From contig CM075992.1 of the NCBI GenBank assembly GCA_038087875.1, positions 11,844,001 to 11,908,000 of the forward strand: DNA of 64,000 bases, given 5' to 3'. Under the pieces are notes generated by a model, which was given only the letters and a program-made list of their open reading frames with translations, had not been told where the DNA came from and did no database searches. This document shows positions 1-12,709 of the stretch, piece after piece. Numbering within the stretch: the first letter of the stretch is position 1; every line of letters begins with the position of its first letter. The translations under genes and the position numbers were made by a program. The DNA comes from Malacoraja senta (lineage: Eukaryota).

Positions 1-2635
1 GGATTTTTTGAGGATATAACTAGGAAAATGGACAAGGGAGAGCCAGTGGATGTAGTGTACCTGGAGTTTCAGAAAGCATTTGATAAGGTCCCACATAGGA
101 GATTAGTGGGCAAAATTAGGGTACAAGGTATTGGGGGTAGAGTGCTGACGTGGATAGAAAATTGGTTGGCAGACAGGAAACAAAGAGTAGGGATTAACGG
201 GTCCCTTTCAGAATGGCAGGCAGTGACTAGTGGGGTGCCGCAAGGCTCGGTGCTGGGACCGCAGCTATTTTTTTTTTTTTTTTTTTTTTTTTAATTTTTT
301 ATTTATTAGAAGTAAGTACATTACATTACAACCACATACATTAGTACTCGTCACTTATGTCTTCTTACAATTAATGTACTCCATTTATTTTATACACTAG
401 TAAAAGGAAAAGATTGAAAGAAAGAAGAAAGTGAAGGAAAAAGTGAGAGTGTAGAAAATGTGACAACAAAAAAGGACGAAGACCCTATAAGAACAAAATT
501 AAAAACAAAAGAAAAAGAGTTAAGAAATAGACCCTAGAAAAGAAAGAGAAAGAGGAAAAAAAGAGAAACAAATATTTTTATGAGCATTACGTAAATGGGA
601 CATACCAACTCTTCAACTATCATCCCCCCTTACCTGACCTCAATTTTTTTTTTAAGGTATCTTTGCACCCTATATTTGTAATAATTCTATAAATGCAGAC
701 CACGTCAGGTGGAAGTGATCTGGTTTACCTGCTAGGAGGAGTCTTATCTCTTCTAGGTGTAATGTTTCGAACATATTTGAAATCCACATGTTTATAGTTG
801 GTATTGGAGCCTTCTTCCAAAATTTTAGAATTAGCTTTTTCCAGTTATTAACCCATAGTCTATTAGTTTCTTTTGAAACACATTTAGTTCTGGACCATCT
901 TCCGTTATTCCAAAGATAATCCATTCTGCTTTGGGTATCAGTCTTATTTTAAGTACTTTTGTAAAGATTTCGTAAATTTCAGTCCAAAATGTTTGAATTT
1001 TTGTACAGAAAACGAATCATTGCGCTATAGTAGCTTCTTGGGATTGACATTTATCACAAATAGATGATACATTTGGGAACATTTTATGAATTTTAGTTTT
1101 CAAATAATATAATCTATGTAAAATTTTAAATTGTATTAAAGTGTGTCTTACATTAATCGAACATTTATGCACGTTTAATAAGTGTTCATTCCAACTTTCC
1201 TTTGAAATTTTAATAGCTAACTCTTGTTCCCAGTCTCTTCTGATACCCTCCGTAGATGGTATTTGTACATTTAAGATAATATTATACAAATATGATATTA
1301 AGTTTGCTGATTCAGCTTTTATCTGCATTGCCTCATCCAATATATCTGCTGGGTTATTATAGTGATCTTTTGTATATTTTTTCAAATAGTCTCATATTTG
1401 AAAATATTTAAAATATTGATTATTTCTGAGTTTATATTTTATTTGTAATTGTTGAAATGAAAGTAATTTTCCAGTTTCATACAAGTCACCGAGCATTTTC
1501 ATTCCTAATCTATCCCAATGTGTAAAAGCGTTATCTATAATAGAGGGATTAAACGAAGGGTTATTAACTATGGGTAATAAAAGTGATAAATTTCTTAATT
1601 TTAAATTTTGTTTTATTTGTTTCCAAATTCGGATTGTACTATGAATAATTGGGTTCTTATTATAATTTATATTATTCAGTTTCATTGTATAATATACATC
1701 AATGATTTAGATGAAGGGATTCAAAGTAACATTAGCAAATTTACAGATGACACAAAGCTTGGTGGCAGTGTGAACTGTGAGGAGGATGCCATGAGAATGC
1801 AGGGTGACTTGGACAGGTTGAGTGTGTGTGCAGATGCATGGCAGATGCAGTTTAATGTGGATAAATGTAAGGTTATCCACTTTTCTAGCAAAAACAAGAA
1901 GGCAGATTACTATCAAAATGGTGTCAAGTTGGGAAAAGGGGAATTACAACATGATCTGGTGGTCCTTGTTCATCAGTCAATGAAAGTAATCATGCAGGTA
2001 CAGCAGGCAGTGAAGAAAGCGAATGGCATGTTGGCCTTTATAACAAGAGGATTTGAGTATAGGAGCAAAGAGGTTCTTCTGCAGTTGTACAGAGTCCTAG
2101 TGAGACCACACCTGGAGTATTGTGTGCAATTTTGGTCCCCTAATTTGAGGAAGGACATTCTGGCTATTGTGGGAGTTCAGTGTAGGTTAACAAGTTTAAT
2201 TCCCAGGATGGCTGGACTGTCATATGCTGAGAGAATGGAGCAGCTGGGCTTGTACACTCTGGAGTTTAGAAGGATGAGAGGGGATCTTATTGAAATATAT
2301 AAGATTATTAAGGGTTTGGACACAGTCCAGAACCAGGGACCATAGTTTCAGAATAAGGGGTAAACCATTTAGAACGTAAACGAGGAAACACATTTTCTCA
2401 CAGAGAGTTGTGAGTCTGTGGATTCTCTGCCTCAGAGGGTGCCAGTTCTCTTGATACTTTCAAGAGAGAGCTAGATAGGGCTCTTAAAGATAGCGGAGTC
2501 AGGGGATATGGGGAGAAGGCAGGAACGGGGTATTGATTGGGGATGATCAGCCATGATCACATTAAATGGCGGTGCTGGCTCGAAGGGCCGGATGGCCTAT
2601 TCCTGCACCTATTGCCTATTGTCTATTGTCTATTG
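1..2635 (+). mobile_element. CR1-type LINE, 3' part (RT + 3' UTR), interrupted by an L1 at 268-1687
   Basis: RT peptides MDKGEPVDVVYLEFQKAFDKVPH, SGVPQGSVLGP, FTDDTKL and [13 protein letters not shown]. Ends in a (CTATTGT)n-type tail at ~2609-2635. Confidence 0.93.
268..1687 (-). mobile_element. 5'-truncated L1 LINE (ORF2 C-terminus + 3' UTR + poly-A) inserted in CR1
   Basis: Poly-T at 268-292. The reverse complement is near-identical to the 3' ends of the L1s at 17250-21242 and 24495-30823 (ICDKCQSQEATIA, TWSAFIELLQI). CR1 resumes at 1688. Confidence 0.93.
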
Positions 2636-4192
2636 ACTTTCCAATACTCCTCTATGTACCTGAAACCAGCTGGTATGGCCTTGCCTCTTCCCATTCATGC
2701 CAAGTTCAAAGCACAAACTACACAGTGAGGCAAAACAGTAAAGTATTAAACACAAAAATATGAGTGTCACCACCCACCTTTGCAGCCTCTGTTGTCTGTG
2801 AAGTTACGTTGTTTGCTCGGGTGGAAATATCCTGCCTTACAGGTACAGTAGTAGCTTCCCACTGTGTTGTGACAATCAGTGTTGGGGCCACACAGTGCTT
2901 GTGCAGTAGTTATATTACATTCATCCTCATCTGGATGGAGGAGGAGAAAAAAGTTCCATGCTTTAATAAAAACCAAGAAGGGATGAGTGGTTTGTTGCCC
3001 ATGCCAGTCCTCACACTCCACAGCTCATCATTCCTGGTCCTATCGTGACCTGTCCCTCCATCTCCACCATCCCTTGATTCAATCAACATTCACAATGTCA
3101 GCCTGGTGTGTCCTCAACAACTGTGGCTCCACAGTGAGGAACAGGAAGACACAACCTTCTGAGCAAAGGGACCTTTCCTCAGCCCAGGCCTAAACGGACA
3201 AAGCCACTGCCTCTCTGCTCCTCTGTTACTCCCACATCTACATCAGCAAACTTAGATTATTTCTGCTTTTTGTGAAGTGTGTTATGTCATTACAAGGAGT
3301 CTTGCCTACCCCTGCTTCTCACAATACCCCTCACTCCTCCCCCCACCTACCCCACCTGGCCATCGCCACATCCCTCCCAGTGGAACCCCTCCCCCCTCCG
3401 TTGTTCCCATCCCCCATTACTCTTCCCATATTGATTCACTCTTCACCTTGCTTTCATATCAAATTCCAGAATCCGCAGCCTTTTCTTGTTTCCACATCAC
3501 CTCCCGGTCCCTGTCTCTATTTCCACCCTTCCCTACCCCACCCTATCTGCTAATTAACCCTTCCTCATCTGTATCCACCTATCACTTGCCACACTTGCCC
3601 CAAGCCCTCCCCCACTCTTTGCAGTGACTATCTCACTTCTATTCTTTCTGCCCACATGTAGGTCAGAACCTGTCCATTTTCCACCAGAGATGCTGCCTGA
3701 CCCACTGACAATTCTCCTTTGTTGTGCCAGATCCCAGCATCTGCGATCTCTTCTGCCTGCTAGACCACCTCATGATTCACTCTCATTCAAATATTCATCA
3801 CAAGAGAAATAGAACAAATTTCTTGGTCTTTTCACAGCCGAAGGCTTTGGTGAGATCTGAAAGTAAGGGCGGTTAGCTTTGTCCAAGCTTCCATCGCTGA
3901 TACATTGGCTCTTGAGGCAATACGATTCCGGAATGAGCAGTCTTCCCTTGATAGGGTTAGAGACACCTGGTGATTGAAGGTGGGGAGACTGGGAAACTTG
4001 AGGCAGAGTGAGGTACCCTGACATTGCCTCAGCTTTCCCCATCTTGGCGTCATGGATACCCGTTGAACCATCCGTACCATCCGCCATTCCGGAACTGAAG
4101 CTACTGGCTTATAGAAAAAGACTCAAAGTGCTGGAGTAACTCAGCAGCTCAGGCAGCATCACTGGAGAACAGGTACAGGTGACATTTTGGTT
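2636..4192. repeat. Local duplication unit 1 carrying an EGF exon
   Basis: Colinear and near-identical to 9548-12160 and 41320-42100. Confidence 0.9.
2778..2930 (-). CDS. Internal exon: calcium-binding EGF-like domain, copy 1 (probable ADGRE/CD97/EMR-like adhesion GPCR)
   Basis: Acceptor ctccatccag and donor AAG|gtgggt; 153 bp, phase 1-1. Encodes (D)[50 protein letters not shown], with 6 Cys, DxDEC and CxNTxGSYxCxC. The gene family is inferred from domain style only. Confidence 0.88.
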
Positions 4193-4589
4193 TGTCGTGG
4201 AGGCGGGTGGGGGAAGAAAGCTGGAAGAGAAGTCAGGGCAGGACAAAGCCTGGCAAGTGATATGTAGATACAAGTGGGGAAGGGGCTGATTAACTCCTGT
4301 GGATGTTGAAGAAACAGCAGCAAAGAGAAGCAGGAAATAGCACTGATTGGCTCTAGCCCGAGTGGGAGGAGAGTTAGAAGTGAGTCAGAGGGGGAAAACA
4401 GTTTAAAACTGAGGAATTTGGTTTGATAATTGGTAAATTAGGCAATTTATCAGTCAATATAAGCTAGGCGGCTCTTAGGGAGCAGCCTTGTGAGGGAAGT
4501 GCCTTGTGAGAAAAGTGTGAGTCTTTGGCGAGGAGGCTGAGGAGAGAAGGCTACACTTAAAGCTGGAGAGGACGGAACGCGGTGAACAC

Positions 4590-5462
4590 ATGTCGGGGCA
4601 GATGAGACAGTGTGAGTCTTGCAGAATATGGGAGCCCAGGGACACAGATGGAGCCTCTGGCTGCTACAACTGTAGCAAGTTCGTCCAGATTCAGCTCCTA
4701 AAGGAACGTGTTGTGGCCCTAGAGAAGCAGCTGGATTGCCTCCGGGCCATCTGGGAAAACGAATGTTTCCTGGGCAGCAAATACAGTGAGGTAGTCACGC
4801 CGAGGTTATGGGAAGAACCAAGGTGTGTAACGGAGAGAAAGGGTGGAAATCGTGGAGTGCAGAAGACTCGGGTGGTTGTGCCTAATGAAAACAGGAACGC
4901 CCTCTTGGGAACTGTCTGGGGAGACGATGTTTCTAGTCCGAGCGGTGGACACGTCGGTGGCTCCAATCCTGGAGATGGGACTCGACCGGCGAGACCGACG
5001 TCAGGCAGAGCCTTCGTGGTGGGTGACTCCATTGTCCGAGGGATGGACAGGAGATTCTGTGGAGGCAGACGAGATGCGAGGATGGTCTGTTGCCTCCCTG
5101 GTGCCAGGGTTCAAGATGTCACGAGCCGAATTCTGAACATCCTCGAGAGAGAAGGTGAACAGCCGGCAGTAGTTGTGCACGTAGGCACAAACGACATTGG
5201 GAAGAAGTGGAAGGAGGTTCTCCAACATGACTTCAGAGAGCTGGGAAGAAGACTGAAATGCCGGACTTCTAGGGTGGTTATCTCTGGATTGCTTCCAGTA
5301 CCTCGTGCTAGTGAGGACAGGAACAGGGAGATAGGGGATCTGAATGTGTGGCTGAGGGGCTGGAGCAGGGAGCAAGGATTTAGATTTATAGACCACTGGG
5401 ATCTCTTCTGGGGTAGGGGTGACCTGTACAAAAGGGACTGGTTACACCTTAACTGGAGGTGA
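4590..5462 (+). CDS. CR1 ORF1p: N-terminal Cys-rich segment/coiled coil + SGNH/GDSL esterase domain
   Basis: CESC..CYNC, GDSIVRG, HVGTND and DWLHLN motifs. Confidence 0.85.
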   Translation: MSGQMRQCESCRIWEPRDTDGASGCYNCSKFVQIQLLKERVVALEKQLDCLRAIWENECFLGSKYSEVVTPRLWEEPRCVTERKGGNRGVQKTRVVVPNENRNALLGTVWGDDVSSPSGGHVGGSNPGDGTRPARPTSGRAFVVGDSIVRGMDRRFCGGRRDARMVCCLPGARVQDVTSRILNILEREGEQPAVVVHVGTNDIGKKWKEVLQHDFRELGRRLKCRTSRVVISGLLPVPRASEDRNREIGDLNVWLRGWSREQGFRFIDHWDLFWGRGDLYKRDWLHLNWR

Positions 5463-8382
5463 ACCGACATTCTGGCAGGCAGGTTTGCTAGGGCTGCACG
5501 TGTGGGTTTAAACTAAATAGTGGGGGGGAGGGATTGACAAATTGGGAGAATAAAGATGGAGTTGAAGGGGAAGTGGCTGCAAGAAAAATTACAAAAGATT
5601 CTCAAATTAATGGGAAGGAAAGCTTTAGAATGGACAACAGAGTAAGGTCAGGGCCAATTGCGAACGGTGCGAGGGGGGAAGTGAATACGGAGGTCAAAGT
5701 GCTGATTATGAATGCGTGAAGTATAAGGAATAAAGTGGACGAGCTTGAAGCTTAGCTAGAAACTGGCAAGTATGATTTTGTGGGAATTACTGAGACATGG
5801 CTGCAAGAGGGCCAGGGCTGGGAACTGAATATTCAAGGGTATACCTCCTATCGAAAATACAGAAAGGTGGGCAGAGGGGTTGGGGTTGCCCAGTGGGTGA
5901 GGAATTAAATTCAGTCCCTTGCAAGGGGTGACATTGAAACAGGAGATGTGGAGTCAGTATGGATAGAACTAAGGAATTGTAAGGGTAAAAAGACCCTAAT
6001 GGGACTAATCTACAGGTCCCCAAACAGTAGCCTGGACATAGGGCGCAAGTTGAATCAAGAGTTAAAATTGGCATGTAGTAAAAGTAATGCTGTGGTTGTT
6101 ATGGGAGATTTCAACATGCAGGTAGACTGGGAAAATCAGGTTGGTACTGGACCCCAAGGAAGGGGCTTTGTAGAGTGCCTCTGTGATGGATTCTTTGAAC
6201 AGCTTGTATTGGAACCTACCAGGGAGAAGGCAATTCTGGATTTAGTGTTAAGTAATGAACTGGATTTGATAAAGGACCTCGAGGTTAATTAGCCATTAGG
6301 AGGCAGTGACCATAACATGGTCAGGTTTAATCTACAATTGGAGAGGGAGAAGAGTAGATCAGAGGTATCAGTGTTGCAGTTGAATAAAGGGGAGTATGGA
6401 GCCATGAGGGAGGAGCTGGCCAAAGTTGACTGGAAAGATACACTAGCAGGGATGACAGTGGTACAAAAATGGCAGGTGTTTTTAGGAATAATACAGAAGG
6501 TGCAGGATCAGTTCATTCCAAAAAGGAAGAAAGATTCCAAGGGGAGTAAGGGGTGACCGTGGCTGACAAGAGAGGTCAGCGACAGTATAAAAATTAAAGC
6601 GAAAAAGTACAACGTAGCAAAGTTGAGCGGGAAGCAAGAGGATTGGGTAATGTTTAAAGAACAACAGGAGATAACCAAAAAGACCATACGGGGAGAAAAG
6701 ATCAGGTATGAAGGTAAGCTAGCCAAGATTAGAACGCAGGATAGTAAAAGCTTCTTATGTATGGGAAGAGGAAAAAATTAGTTAAGACCAAAGTTGGACC
6801 CTTGAAGACCGAAAAAGGTGAATTTATCATGGGGAACAAGGAAATGGCAGATGAACTGGTACTTTGGATCTGTCTTCACTAAGGAGGACACAAAGAATCT
6901 TCCTGATATAGTAGTGGTCAGAGGATCTGGGGTGACCGAGGAACTGAAGGAAATCCACATTAGGCAGGAAATGGTGTTGGATAGATTGATGGGACTGAAG
7001 GCTGATAAATCCCCAGGGCCTGATGGTCTGCATCCCAGGGTACTTAAGGAAGTGGCTCTAGAAATCGTGGATGCATTGGTGATAATTTTCCAATGTTCTA
7101 TAGACTCAGGATCAGTTCCTGTGGATTGGAGGGTAGCTAATGGTATCCCACTTTTTAAGAAAGGCAGGAGAGAGAAAACAGGGAAATTATAGACCAGTTA
7201 GCCTGACATCGGTGGTGGGTAAGATGCTGGAATCAATTATAAAAGATGAAATAGCGGCACATTTGGAAAGCAGTAACAGGATCGGTCCGAGTCAGCATGG
7301 ATTTACGAAGCGGAAATCATGCTTAACTAATCTTCTGGCATTTTTGAGCATATAACAAGGAAAATGGACAAGGGAGAGCCAGTGGATGTAGTGTACCTGG
7401 ACTTTCAGAAAGCATTTGATAAGGTCCCACATAGGAGATTAGTGGGCAAAATTAGGGCACATGGTATTCGGGGTAGAGTGCTGACATGGATAGAAAATTG
7501 GTTGGCAGACAGGAAACAAAGAGTAGGGATTAGCAGGTCCCTTTCAGAATGGCAGGCAGCGACTTGTGGGGTGCCGCAAGGCTCGTGCTGGGACTGCAGC
7601 TATTTACAATATACATCAATGATTTAGATGAAGGGAATCAAAGTAACATTAGCAAATTTGCAGATGACACAAACCTGGGTGGCAGTGTGAACTGTGAGGA
7701 GGATGCTATGAGAATGCAAGGTGACTTGGACAGGTTGAGTGGGTGGGCAGGTGCATGGCAGGTGCAGGTTTATGTGGATAAATGTGAAGTTATCCACTTT
7801 GGTAGCAAAAACAGGAAGGCAGATTACTATCTAAATGGTGTCAAGTTGGGAAAAGGGGAAGTACAAAAGGATCTGAGGGTCCTTGTTCATCAGTCAATGA
7901 AAGTAAGCATGCAGGTACAGCAGGCAGTGAAGAAAGCGAATGGCATGTTGGCCTTTATAACAAGAGAAGTTGAATATAGGATTGAGGAAGGACATTCTTG
8001 CTATTGAGGGAGTGCAGCGCAGGTTTACAAGGTAAATTCCCGGGATAGTGGGACTGTCATATGCTGAGAGAATGGACCGGGTGGGCTTGTATACTCTGGA
8101 GTTTAGAAAGATGAGAGGGTATCTTATTGAAGCATATAAGATTATTAACGGTTTGGACACGCTAGAGGCAGGAAACATGTTCCTGATGTTGGGGGGAGTC
8201 CAGAACCAGGGGCCACAGTTTCAGAATAAGGGGTAAGCCATTTAGAACGGAGACGTGGAAACACTTTTTCTCACAGAGAGTTGTGAGTCTGTGGAATTCT
8301 CTGCCTCAGAGGGTGGTGGAGGCAGGTTCTCTGGATACTTTCAATAGGGAGCTAGATAGGGCTCTTAACGATATCGTAGTCG

Positions 8383-9490
8383 GGTGTTGCTAAGGAATTG
8401 GAATCCAGTTGAAAATCTGTCATTATCCAAAATCACGATGAAATTGGTTATGCTCATGGCATTAGTTTCAGCTCAGAGAGTTCAAGCATTACAGAAACTC
8501 AGAATTGATAGAATGAAAGTAGGGCCAAATGCTGTGACATTCTATGTCTATGATTTACTGAAGCAAAGTAGACCTAGGTTCACAGGATGCAAGTTGGAAT
8601 TTTTAGCATATCCTACAGATCCACAACTATGTGTAGTAACATATGTGAAATGTTACATAGAAACAACAAAAGTTTTAAGAGGCACCGAATTGGCATTTTT
8701 TATTATTCATAAAAAGCCTCATAAGAAAGTGTCAACACAAACAATTTCACGATGGTTGAAACAGGTGTTGAGATATTCAGGTATTGATACTGATAAATTT
8801 AAATCTCATTCCACCAGGGCGGCATCAACATCAGCGGCCAGGGATTCAGACAATAGACCTTATTCTCGCGGCCGCAGGATGGGCAAGTGAACAGATGTTT
8901 CACAAGTATTACCATAAGGAGATTAAAGATCTCAGAGGGTTTGGTGATGCCATGCTGGATACAGTATTAAATCCCCCATTATAATAAATGGGCCTAATTT
9001 TGTTACTTTTATTAAAATAAATAAAAACATTAACTGATTACATTCAAATGTTGTGGTTATGCATTGTTGATTGTGCTTACTCAAATGGAGTCAATCGATG
9101 CAGTGAACACCTGGATTTGAATCCACGGTGTGAAATCACAGAGCTTTGAAATCTTCACGTAGTCACTCACGTGACTCCGAAGTAAAATAGTAAGATTAAA
9201 CGAGAATTTACCAAGTTTGAAGATTGATCTTTATTTTATGAGGAGTAACGTTGAGGGATTACGTGCCCTCCGCTCCCACCCTCATAAAAGGATCAAGCTG
9301 GTAGTTCTGTCTTTATGCATCTTACTATCATACTTCAGTAATTATCGTCTGTGATTGTCACTCCGCTGCTTTGAAAGATTGACGCGTGTGCGGCTGGACG
9401 GGGCTTCTTCACGTAATCACTCAACGTTACTCCTCATAAAATAAAGATCAAATTTCAAACTTGGTAAGTTCTCGTTTAATCTTACTATTA
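8383..9490 (+). mobile_element. DIRS1-type tyrosine-recombinase retrotransposon, 5'-truncated (YR C-terminus + ICR + right ITR)
   Basis: YR motifs SAQRVQAL and FKSHSTRAASTS, with AAGWAS..F.KYY in a shifted frame. 9187-9265 is the reverse complement of 9411-9489. Confidence 0.9.
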
Positions 9491-9689
9491 AATTGTGCTG
9501 TTGGCTCGAAGGGCCGAATGGCCTACTCCTGCACCTATTGTCTATTGATTTTCCAATACTCCTCTATGTACCTGAAACCAACTGCTATGGCCTTGCCTCT
9601 TCCCATTCATGCTAAGTTCAAAGCACAAGCTCCGCAGTGAATCAAAACAGTAAAGTATTAAATACAAAAATATGAATGTCAGCACCCAC

Positions 9690-9842
9690 CTTTGCAGCCT
9701 CTGTAGTCTGTGAAGTTACGTTGTTTGCTCGGGTGGAAATATCCTGCCTTACAGGTACAGTAGTAGCTTCCCACTGTGTTGTGACAGTCAGTGCTGGGGC
9801 CACACAGTGTTTGTGCAAAATTTCTATTGCATTCATCCTCAT
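9690..9842 (-). CDS. Internal exon: calcium-binding EGF-like domain, copy 2
   Basis: Same splice sites as copy 1, 153 bp, phase 1-1. Encodes (D)[50 protein letters not shown]. Confidence 0.88.
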
Positions 9843-10495
9843 CTGGATGGAGGAGGAGAAAAAAGATCCATGCTTTAATAAAAACCAAGAAGGGGTGAGT
9901 GGTTTGTTGCCCATGCTAGCCCTCACACTCCACAGCTGATCATTCCTGGTCCTATCGTGACCTGTCCCTCCATCTCCACCATCCCTTGATGCAATCAACA
10001 TTCACAATGTCAGCCTGGTGTGTCCTCAACAACTGTAGCTCCACAGTGAGGAACAGGAAGACACAACCTTCTGAACAAAGGGACCTTTCCTCAGCCCAGG
10101 CCTAAACGGACAAAGCCGCTGCCTCTCTGCTCCTCTGTTACTCCCACATCTACATCAGCAAACGTAGATTCTTTCTGATTTTTGTGAAGTGTGTTATGTC
10201 ATTACAAGGAGTCTTGCCTACCCCTGCTTCTCACAATACCCCTCACTACTCCCCCCACCTACCCCACCTGGCCGTCACCACACATCCCACCCAGTGGAGC
10301 CCCTTCCCCTCTGTTGTTCCCATCCCCCACTACTCTTCTCATATTGATTCACTCTTCACCTTGCTTTCCTATAAAATTCCAGAATCCGCAGCCTTTTCTT
10401 GTTTCCACATCACCTCCTGTCTCTATCTCCACCCTTCCCTTCCACACCTCATTCCATCTGCTAATTAACCCTTGCTCATCTGTAACTACCTATCA

Positions 10496-11539
10496 TAGGT
10501 ATGTTACAAGACTTACCTTCAGCGGCGCTGCAATTCTGCCACTGGCCGTGTGCGCGATTTTGGTGCCTTTGAGGGGGGGGGCGGGGTTAAAACAAGGGTT
10601 TCTCCTACCTTGTCCTGTATTATATTTCATTGGAGTGCCAGCTTTTGCTGAAAAATCGTTCCAACGGGCGTTTTGTGTATTTTTTATTTTTATTCGATCG
10701 ACAAGTTCAGTGCTGGAATTATTTTAAAATCAGCTTCGAAACCTGTCAACGCCGACAACAGGGATGGATTTCACGCACGGGACAGGTAAACGAAAGCAGT
10801 TTATTTTATGTATAAAAGTGCTTCTTAAGAGGCCTTTAATTCACATTTTTTAATGCAAAACGGTGATTCTTTTCCCCGAACTAACGGCAGAATTTTTCAT
10901 GCCGATACGGGGTTAAATTCACTGCAAATCAACGATCCAAATGATCGCGTTCCAGAAAATCCCACTCGCAAGATGATTTAAATGCCCATTAATTTACAGG
11001 TATTAAACATTAAATTTCTTCCATTTGGCCTGTAAATCCATGACAATGAGATTTAAAAATTATGTTATATTGTGCATTCTTGTGTGAATGTTATTTGGAC
11101 ACTTAGGCTATTTAAAAATGTTAATCTATTCTTAAGAAATTGATAGATGTTTAGATCTAGTAATTGAATTTTGTAATTAGCTACAATTAGGTAACTAACT
11201 AATTATATGCTTTAATTTCATGTCTTCTAAGTAAGATTGTTTCATTTTTGTTTCAGAATGCTTCAATCTATAATACCTTAAAATGTATTTCAGGTCTCTC
11301 AATTTTTTAAGAAAGTTATGGGCTTTTGACTGTACTCGATCACAGCTTTTGTGTTAAGTCAATGGAAAAGCAATAGGGAACAAGATGCTAATTTCCGAGT
11401 ATGAAAATGGCCATAACTTTTTTAATACTGAAGATATGAAAGTGAATTAGGTGTCAAATTAAACGTCTTTTTATGCTTTATCCGATGGGATAAATTACAG
11501 ACTTGATTTTTTAAATCTCAAAATGTTGTTCCATTGCTA
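10496..11539. mobile_element. Non-autonomous DNA transposon-like insertion (~1.04 kb), superfamily unassigned
   Basis: Absent from unit 1. Flanked by duplicated CCTATCA (10489-10495, 11540-11546). Imperfect inverted termini TAGGTATGTTACAA ... TTGTTCCATTGCTA; no ORF. Confidence 0.75.
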
Positions 11540-12164
11540 CCTATCACTTTCCACACTTGCTCCAAGCCCTCCCCCACTCTTTGCAGTGACTATCTCCCTT
11601 CTATTCTTTCTGCCCACATGAAGGTCAGAACCTGTCCATATTCCACCAGAGATGCTGCTTGACCCACTGACAATTCTCCTTTGTTGTGCCAGAACCCAGC
11701 ATCTGCGATCTCTCGTGCCTCCTAGACTACCTCATGATTCACTCTCATTCAAATATTCATCACAAGAGAAATAGAACAATTTTCTTGGTCTTTTCACAAC
11801 CTTTGGTGCGATCTGAAAGTAAGGGCGGTTAGCTTTGTCCAAGCTTCCATCGCTGATACACTGACTCTTGAGGCAATGCGATTCCGGAATGAGCAGTCTT
11901 CCCTTGATAGGGTTAGAGACACCTGGTGATTGAAGGTGGGGAGACTGGGAAACTCGAGGCAGAGTCAGGTACCCTGGCTTTGGCTCAGCTTTCCCCTGGC
12001 TTCATGGATACGTGTTGAACCATCCGCACCATCCGCAATTCAGGATTCTTGGAAGCACAGGAACTGCATATGCTGGCTTATAGAAAAAGACAAAGTGCTG
12101 GAGTAACTCAACAGACCAGGCAGCATCACTGGAGAACAGGTACAGGTGACATTTCGGGTTATAT

Positions 12165-12709
12165 ACTATAGACAATAGGTGCAGGAGAAGGCCATTCGGC
12201 CCTTCAAGCCAGCACTGCCATTCAAAGTGATCATGGCAGATCATCGCCAATCAGTACCCTGTTCCTGCCTTCCCCCATATCCCCTGACTCCGCTATTTTA
12301 AGATCATTATCTAGCTCTCTCTTGAAAGCATCCAGAGAATCTGCCTCCACCGCCCTCTGAGGCAGAGAATTCCACAGACTCACCACTCTGTGAGAAAAAG
12401 TGTTTCCTCGTCTCTGTTCTAAATGGCTTACTCCTTTTTCATAAACTGTGGTCCCTGGTTCTGGACTCCCCCAACATTGGGAACATGTTTCCTGCCTCTA
12501 GCGTGTCCAAACCCTTAACAATCTTATATGTTTCAATGAGATACCCTCTCATCCTTCTAAACTCCAGAGTGTACCATCCCAACTGCTCCATTCTCTCAGG
12601 ATATGACAGTCCCGCCATCTCAGGAATTAACCTTGTAAACCTACGCTGAACTCCCTCAATAGCAAGAATGTCATTCCTCAAATTAGGGGACCAAAACTGC
12701 ACACAATAC
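12165..12709 (-). mobile_element. CR1 3' fragment
   Basis: [26 protein letters not shown] on the minus strand, followed by the CR1 3' UTR. Confidence 0.88.

Larger units (their letters stand above)
4300..9547 (+). mobile_element. Near full-length CR1-type LINE (ORF1 + degenerate EN/RT ORF2), DIRS inserted in 3' UTR
   Basis: ORF1 at 4590-5462. ORF2 fragments: EN (ETWL, GDFN, SDH) and RT (KSPGPDG, DFQKAFD, FADD). The remainder of the tail lies at 9491-9547. The 5' boundary is approximate. Confidence 0.92.
9548..12160. repeat. Local duplication unit 2 carrying an EGF exon, with a private 1-kb insertion
   Basis: Aligns to 2636-4192 once 10496-11546 is removed. Confidence 0.9.

Noticed and set aside
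2767..3021. ORF-track 84-aa protein (and equivalents at 9679-9888, 41451-41705) as standalone genes
   Set aside because: Only the 153-bp part between canonical splice sites is EGF-like; the 'hydrophobic leader' is the translated polypyrimidine tract.
3770..4087. 105-aa minus-strand ORF as another host exon
   Set aside because: No recognisable domain, and the paralogous copy at ~11760-12050 has indels and a divergent start.
4590..5462. Host GDSL lipase gene
   Set aside because: It sits in the ORF1 position of a CR1 and recurs in the other CR1 copies; an esterase ORF1 is known for this clade.
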